64,000 bases of DNA from positions 3,136,001 through 3,200,000 of the forward strand of contig OY762428.1 in assembly GCA_963665665.1 (NCBI GenBank), in the 5' to 3' direction. Positions 58,048 through 64,000 of the stretch are shown in pieces (the first letter of the stretch is position 1; every line of letters begins with the position of its first letter). Below the pieces are notes generated by a model, which saw only the letters and a program-made list of their open reading frames with translations, was not told the DNA's origin and made no database searches. Position numbers and translations under genes: made by a program. This stretch comes from Candidatus Kapaibacterium sp. (GTDB lineage: Bacteria > Bacteroidota > Ignavibacteria > Kapaibacteriales > UBA2268).

Positions 58048-60471
58048 TTACCTGTTTATTTGCAAAGATTTATTATCAATAATAATTCGACCGTCTTTTG
58101 TTAGTAGAATTATATTAACAATATACTGACCGGACGGCAAAGAAGCAACATCCAAAGAAATATCATTACTGTTTTGCGATAAGTTTTTGACGCTTTCGTC
58201 TATATACTTTTTGCCATTGCCATCGTAAATTACTACGGATATTTCTTTTGGAGATTTTGCGCCTATATATAGGTTTATGACATCAATTGCAGGATTTGGG
58301 AATATCCCGTCCGAATCAAAAGATTTGTTATTTTTTATGTTGGGATATAAAGTTTTGCCGCTGATAATTATTGTCGGAGCATCATAAGAATCACGTCCCG
58401 GATCATCCGCAATCTTAGCTTTACATGCGCTTACTTTCCACGAACCGGCTGGAGGTGGGACAGATTGAACCCCCATCCAGCATTCATAAGCTCTTTGGTC
58501 ATTAACATATTGCACAACATTAATTGAGTCCCATTCGTTGTTACCATTCAGTTTATATATCTTGTAATAATCCTCAGCATTCTTATATAAATCAGGAGAT
58601 TCTTTATCCCAGGAATAATTGATATCGTCATCGTAAGAGCGACTTTGCCAATGGAAAACAAAACCATTAGCATCATTTGTATAATGTAATCCTTTGATCT
58701 GTGCAGACCGCATAGTAGCTATCGGCTGACTTAATGAATACATGTTGTCAAAAATAAGATCCATTGATTCTTCAAGCTCATCGTTAGGAACAATATAAGC
58801 TTTGAAGGAATTATAAAATTCATTTTTTGGAATAGTTTGTTCTCTGGGTTCAGATGATTTCAGATCGGGAAATAAACTGACAAACTCAAATAGAATTCGA
58901 CCCAATGAAACATCTTCATTATCTAATCCAAAGAAAGGGCTTGCTCCAAAATCTGAATCATCATAACAATCATATAAATTGTGCATTAAACCTGCCATTC
59001 TGGAAATTCTCTGCTTATAATCCCAACGGGATCCATTGGTTCCCCATGGAGCAACCTTAGGAAAACGCCTCCCTTGTGAATCAAACCTGAACGGATCGGC
59101 TTCATACGAGTATGAAGTATTGTAATACTCATAATCATAATTATTTGAAGCCCATTGCTGGCATTCTTCAGCAAAAAATCTTGCAAATCCTTCACTAAAA
59201 GTTTGAGTTCCAGGTATACCAGTAGTAGGCCTACCAGCCATACTATGATGTACATAATGAGCATATTCATGATACATAACAATTATATAATTGTCACAGG
59301 AAATAGTTGTCATAAGATCAGCATTACTAGCTGAATACTGACCGGATATGTTTGTTTGAGTGCCCCAAAAAAATCTAATACATGGTATGTCGAAAGACAT
59401 ATTATTGTCAAATACAGCTTTAATGAATTCGTTTGCAATTGTGTTATACCTTAATGCTCTCCCTTCAAGTTTTCTCATTTGCAAATCAACATTATTAACT
59501 GTGTAAGATGTTGTAGAATTATTGATAGGAATTACAGATCTGGCATCTTTACTTTCTGACAATAGAGACTGTGATCTATAATTAGAATTTACATTATGCA
59601 CTACATCAAATATATCAGTTTCAGTCATAAAGATAACATCATTTTCAAGGCTGGCTACAATTAGTATTTCCCAATTTTCTTGATCATCAAATTCAAATCC
59701 TGAAAATGAGAAATTAAATTGGTAATTACCATCTTTATCACATTTGGCATAATGTATTCCTTCTATATACTCAGCTGTTGAACCAGACCCTGAAAGTGGA
59801 ACTGGATGATATAATCGCCAGTATTCCTCTCCTATAGGAATCTTTTTCTCTCTGAACCACAGCCTTACATAAGGAAAAGTTGTGTAGTCTTCACAACCAT
59901 CAAATTTATTCCAATCACCATAAGTAACATTTCCTGAAATATTGAATGTATAGACGTTTGAAATAGATGGATTTAAAAAGGAAGTAGTAAGTATTTCATA
60001 GAATTCATAATTTTCAAATGGTATATCCAGTTCTATACCAGATAATGGATCACTGTGTGTCGAAATTGTAGTAGCAACATCAACCGTAAAATCAATTTGT
60101 TCACCATTTTCGAAATTTGGGGATAGATTTTGAATATCCAATCGAATACTTGCAAGTCCCGTATCCTGAACTATTAGTTCATAATCGACTGTGTATGTCG
60201 AACTTTCTTGTACAACATGATAATCGAAAATTCTTTTTTCTGTGTTTGAAGCATCCTCATCCTTATAAACTGGATCAAAAGAAATTCCTACCCAAAGAGT
60301 ATCAGTAACATTAGCTTCGAAAACAGCTCGAACAGTAACAGTATCCCCTAAAATCGGATCGTCAATAACAGAAAATGAACTTAGATTAGCAAGCGGAGGA
60401 TCAGGAAAGGATTCTGATCTCAAAGTACTAATTAAAAATAAAAAACATAAGAAAACACATAAGTATTTCAT
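58048..60471 (-). CDS. Secreted putative zinc metalloprotease (HExxH) with T9SS sorting domain
   Basis: Signal peptide; HEYAHYVHH and downstream FSEGFA; C-terminal IFPNPA...IYDGNG...LPSGQYIV. Confidence 0.72.
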   Translation of the reverse strand: MKYLCVFLCFLFLISTLRSESFPDPPLANLSSFSVIDDPILGDTVTVRAVFEANVTDTLWVGISFDPVYKDEDASNTEKRIFDYHVVQESSTYTVDYELIVQDTGLASIRLDIQNLSPNFENGEQIDFTVDVATTISTHSDPLSGIELDIPFENYEFYEILTTSFLNPSISNVYTFNISGNVTYGDWNKFDGCEDYTTFPYVRLWFREKKIPIGEEYWRLYHPVPLSGSGSTAEYIEGIHYAKCDKDGNYQFNFSFSGFEFDDQENWEILIVASLENDVIFMTETDIFDVVHNVNSNYRSQSLLSESKDARSVIPINNSTTSYTVNNVDLQMRKLEGRALRYNTIANEFIKAVFDNNMSFDIPCIRFFWGTQTNISGQYSASNADLMTTISCDNYIIVMYHEYAHYVHHSMAGRPTTGIPGTQTFSEGFARFFAEECQQWASNNYDYEYYNTSYSYEADPFRFDSQGRRFPKVAPWGTNGSRWDYKQRISRMAGLMHNLYDCYDDSDFGASPFFGLDNEDVSLGRILFEFVSLFPDLKSSEPREQTIPKNEFYNSFKAYIVPNDELEESMDLIFDNMYSLSQPIATMRSAQIKGLHYTNDANGFVFHWQSRSYDDDINYSWDKESPDLYKNAEDYYKIYKLNGNNEWDSINVVQYVNDQRAYECWMGVQSVPPPAGSWKVSACKAKIADDPGRDSYDAPTIIISGKTLYPNIKNNKSFDSDGIFPNPAIDVINLYIGAKSPKEISVVIYDGNGKKYIDESVKNLSQNSNDISLDVASLPSGQYIVNIILLTKDGRIIIDNKSLQINR

Positions 60472-60902
60472 AAGAAAACCTCAATGAAAAATTAAACATT
60501 ATGAATTGTGCCCGAAGGCTTTTTGCAAATGTTACAAATGGCAGTTCTAACTTGGTATTTTTTTTAGCTCAATCTTTTTAATATTTGGTTCAATAATATT
60601 TCCCTAACCCTTTATTTTAATAGTAATATTGATTTCTTTTCACAAGGTAAAGTGAAAAAATGTAGAAAACAATCCTTAATGTATATTTGTATCTATAGTG
60701 TTGTTAATGTTATTAATTCTATTTTTTTTCAAACAATTAAATATCAGTGAACAACGAACAACCAGGATTCAAATATTATTATTTGATAATAAATGTACCA
60801 GAAATGTTTATAATTTTCATTTGGATGGATCGGATACTGTATCAGAATAATCAAAGCGAATACATCAAAATTTAGAAATTTACTCAGTAAAAAAAAAGAG
60901 AG

Positions 60903-60975
60903 CTACTAAAAATATAGTTGTACTACTAAAAAATTAGTAGTATATTGCATTCAGGATCAACTAAGAATTTAGTAG
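60903..60975. promoter_or_regulatory. Three BlaI-type operator palindromes CWACTA-N6-TAGTWG
   Basis: CTACTAAAAATATAGTTG (60903-60920), CTACTAAAAAATTAGTAG (60923-60940) and CAACTAAGAATTTAGTAG (60958-60975), immediately upstream of the BlaI-family gene. Confidence 0.8.
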
Positions 60976-60986
60976 AAGAGAATATA

Positions 60987-61361
60987 ATGAAAGAATTGAC
61001 AAAAGCGGAAGAACAGGTAATGCTTATACTCTGGAAAAAAGAGAAAGCATTTGTAAGGGATATAATAAACGAGTTGCCGGATCCGAAACCGGCTTATACA
61101 ACTGTTTCTACAATTGTCCGGATACTGGAAAGCAAGGGATTTGTGAAACATGAAGAGCAGGGCAATATCCATAATTACTATCCTGTTGTAAACCAGGAGG
61201 AATATGCCGGCAGGTTTATGGAGGGCTTTGTTAAAAACTATTTTTCCAATTCCTTCAAGAACCTTGTTTCCTTTTTTTCAAAGCAGGATGATATCAGCAT
61301 CAGCGAGCTTGAAGAGATCAGGCAGATAGTAAATTCAGAAATAAACAGGAAAAAGGATTAA
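60987..61361 (+). CDS. BlaI/MecI/CopY family transcriptional repressor
   Basis: LTKAEEQVMLILW, PAYTTVSTIVRILESKGFV and YFSNSFKNLVSFF. Confidence 0.93.
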   Translation: MKELTKAEEQVMLILWKKEKAFVRDIINELPDPKPAYTTVSTIVRILESKGFVKHEEQGNIHNYYPVVNQEEYAGRFMEGFVKNYFSNSFKNLVSFFSKQDDISISELEEIRQIVNSEINRKKD

Positions 61362-61363
61362 AA

Positions 61364-63010
61364 ATGGATATAATCTCTTATCTTGTTGAATCATCGGTTT
61401 GTATGGGAATGTTTTATGTCTTTTATGCCTTAATGCTTCACAGGGGAACGTTTTTTAGCCTGAACAGGTTTGTTATCATTCTCATGATCGGCGTTTCATT
61501 TGTTATTCCTTTCCTGGAATTCAATATCTCTTCTACGCCGATATATCCGGTTAACCAGGAAATAGTAAACAATATTGGCGATTCAATTGTTATTTATTCA
61601 GACAATCAGAACATAGCTTCCGATACGTTTGATTTTTCTAACCTTATATTTTTAATATTTCCTGCAATTTCGCTAATTCTACTTGCCAGGTTTTTAACAG
61701 GACTTATCAGAATACGCCGTACAATAAAACAATCAAAACCGGAACTTGTCTCCGGCAGGGTAATATATTTAAGCGCCGATGAAACCAGCCCTTTCACATT
61801 TATTAATAAAATTGTTTTGCCGGGGAGCGTATTTCATTCAGACAATTTGCAAACGCTCATCAAACATGAATCGGCGCATGCCAGGGGCCTGCATAATATC
61901 GATATCATAGCAATTGAGTTAATTAAAATCTTTTTCTGGTTCAATCCGTTTTTATGGCTGTTTTCAAGAAGAATAAGGGAAGTTCATGAATTTATTGCAG
62001 ACAGATTTGCAACGGAAAATCATACAAAAAACAAATATATAGATACAATGCTTAGCCTGACATTTAGCGCGCAAAATACCGGGCTTGCAAATAACTGGAA
62101 CGGTATAAAACTAATCAAGAGGTTAAAAATGCTTACAAAACCTAAGTCTCCGCTAATATCTATTGTTAGATATTTTTTGATAATTCCTGTATTTACTTTG
62201 CTGATTTTCCTTTTTGCCTGTGAAAAAGGTGAAAAGTTCAGGAGTTTTTCCCATTCTTCTTATGGAAAAGTAGATGAAATGCCAAAGATTTATCCCGAAT
62301 ATCAAAAATTCGGTTCAATGATAAAGGAAAGGCTGAATTTACCGGAAAGCTGGAAGAATAAAACAGCTAAATACATGCTGAGCTACGAAGTAACGAAAGA
62401 AGGGAAATTATGGAATCCCATAATAACGGCTGTAAAAATAGCCGACGAACCAGGATGGAAACATTATAGTATTGATTCAGAAGTAGAAGATCAGATTATT
62501 CGAATTATGAAAGAGATATATCCGAAATTCGAACCGGCATTGAAGAACGGCAAACCTGTTAAACATTACAACGGCATGGCACTGATAGTCGGCGACCCTG
62601 AAATCTGGTATCGGCACAACCTTGGCAGTACTGTTCTGCAGGGAAAAGGAAAAGGTTCCTTGGCAGGACTGAAAGTTCCCTACGAAGAAGCGAAAGAATC
62701 AGGAAAAACCGGAATATCATTACTCAGCAAAAAGCAGGTAAGATATATATTAAACAATATGAATTACCCCGATGAAGCAGAGAAAAACAAGGTCAGTGGC
62801 AAGGTAGAATTATCATTTTTGATAAATTCCAAAGGCAGGCCGGACGACGTTATAGTTGAAGAAGCCCTCGGATACGGATGCGACGAGGAAGCTGTCAGGA
62901 TTATAAAATCGTTGAAAGGATTCAAACCAAATCAAAAATATAAGGGTCGTGAAAGAATTAAATTGACCCTGGAATTTATGTACAGGTATGAAGATACTTT
63001 GAATTCCTGA
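61364..63010 (+). CDS. M56 (BlaR1-like) peptidase fused to TonB C-terminal domain(s)
   Basis: SPFTF, HESAH, WFNPFLW, HEFIAD and KRLKML; C-terminal YPDEA...GKVELSFLIN..G...GCDEEAVR. Confidence 0.9.
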   Translation: MDIISYLVESSVCMGMFYVFYALMLHRGTFFSLNRFVIILMIGVSFVIPFLEFNISSTPIYPVNQEIVNNIGDSIVIYSDNQNIASDTFDFSNLIFLIFPAISLILLARFLTGLIRIRRTIKQSKPELVSGRVIYLSADETSPFTFINKIVLPGSVFHSDNLQTLIKHESAHARGLHNIDIIAIELIKIFFWFNPFLWLFSRRIREVHEFIADRFATENHTKNKYIDTMLSLTFSAQNTGLANNWNGIKLIKRLKMLTKPKSPLISIVRYFLIIPVFTLLIFLFACEKGEKFRSFSHSSYGKVDEMPKIYPEYQKFGSMIKERLNLPESWKNKTAKYMLSYEVTKEGKLWNPIITAVKIADEPGWKHYSIDSEVEDQIIRIMKEIYPKFEPALKNGKPVKHYNGMALIVGDPEIWYRHNLGSTVLQGKGKGSLAGLKVPYEEAKESGKTGISLLSKKQVRYILNNMNYPDEAEKNKVSGKVELSFLINSKGRPDDVIVEEALGYGCDEEAVRIIKSLKGFKPNQKYKGRERIKLTLEFMYRYEDTLNS

Positions 63011-63424
63011 TGATGTAATATTGTATTTTTTATCAACGAACAATATTGGAATATTGATTCCATTTATCAGAGTACAGTTAATATTTACAGAAAATCAAAT
63101 TAACTGTACTCTTTGAGTTAATGTTATTATTATACTTTTTTATTTGCTCAGGCGATTGTCATTTCGATGTGTGCTTCCATAATAAGTTTGGCAGGGGGTG
63201 GTAACTGTATTGTGAAATAATCAAAAATTATGACGAGAGTTATTATGTGGATTCCTGAAACCTGTATCATACGGATATTAATATCAGGTTATATGAATAA
63301 TAGAAAGATGTTGATTGCTTTTTCTATTTTCGTATTTAATGGAATTAAACTACATTTGTAGAATAAATGATATATTGCAGTGGCTGTATTGGCTCATTTG
63401 GGTTTTAAACATTTAGAATAAACG

Positions 63425-64000
63425 ATGATTGAAATAAAAGATCTACATAAGTCCTTCGGCCCGAAAAATGTATTGGATGGTATTGACATGACAATTCCAA
63501 CGGGCGCTACCATGTGTGTTATCGGAAAGTCAGGCTGCGGGAAAAGCGTATTGTTGAAGCATATTGTTGGGTTGCTCGTGCCCGACAGGGGAAGCGTGAA
63601 AGTTGATGGCAGTGAAATTGCGGGGCTTAGCAAAAAGGATTTGTTTGGCCTGAGAAGAAAAATGGGATTTGTTTTCCAGGGTGCGGCTCTTTTCGACAGC
63701 TATACAGTTTACGAAAATGTGGTTACAGGCCTGTATGAACATGGCGAAAGAGACGAAGCGATACTTGAGAACGAAGCCATCAGAGTTCTTTCTGCTGTTG
63801 CCATGCTTCCTGAAAAAACCGGGGAAGGTGACGCGGAATTCCGGAAGGAATGGGAAATACTGAAAAATAAAAAACCTTCCGACCTGTCCGGTGGCATGAG
63901 AAAAAGAGTTGGTGTGGCAAGGGCTCTTGTCGGCAATCCGAAATATGTTTTTTATGATGAGCCTACCACCGGGCTCGACCCCGTAACCTCCGAGCAGATT
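63425..64000 (+). CDS. ABC transporter ATP-binding protein, MlaF/Mkl family (3'-truncated by the window edge)
   Basis: Translated by eye from ATG 63425: MIEIKDLHKSFG, Walker A GKSGCGKS, FQGAALFDS, LSGGMRKRVGVARA and YDEPTTGLDP. Confidence 0.9.
   Translation, partial: MIEIKDLHKSFGPKNVLDGIDMTIPTGATMCVIGKSGCGKSVLLKHIVGLLVPDRGSVKVDGSEIAGLSKKDLFGLRRKMGFVFQGAALFDSYTVYENVVTGLYEHGERDEAILENEAIRVLSAVAMLPEKTGEGDAEFRKEWEILKNKKPSDLSGGMRKRVGVARALVGNPKYVFYDEPTTGLDPVTSEQI

Overview
Bacterial chromosomal window, probably from an FCB-group organism of the Ignavibacteria/Candidatus Kapabacteria type. This placement is inferred from five proteins with T9SS-type C-terminal sorting domains, DUF5686, DUF3108 and TonB-receptor genes, a BlaI/M56-TonB pair, and frequent GGAG Shine-Dalgarno motifs, which Bacteroidia largely lack. 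Most of the window is housekeeping or envelope genes: OPT transporter, sirtuin, murQ, lolA, DASS transporter, fumC, DPP III, ilvE, a PAS/GAF kinase, nuoAB, tRNA-Leu(TAA), a FadL-like barrel, a TonB-dependent receptor and an mlaF-like ATPase. Two accessory loci stand out. (1) 13.0-18.1 kb: two paralogous Gly-rich proteins with 26-aa double-glycine-type leaders and mirror-symmetric cores, divergent from an unannotated enzyme that resembles ABBA-fold aromatic/peptide prenyltransferases, plus a lipoprotein and a membrane SAM-dependent transferase. This is a candidate new RiPP or exported-fibre system. (2) Dispersed Mu-like phage functions: a short DUF935 portal gene at the left edge, and at 20.2-23.6 kb a switch with an XRE repressor, a separate S24 peptidase, a divergent Mor-type activator, and a UmuD-like pair (one catalytically intact, one lacking the Ser) without umuC. 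All family assignments come from motif recognition by eye; no database search was run.
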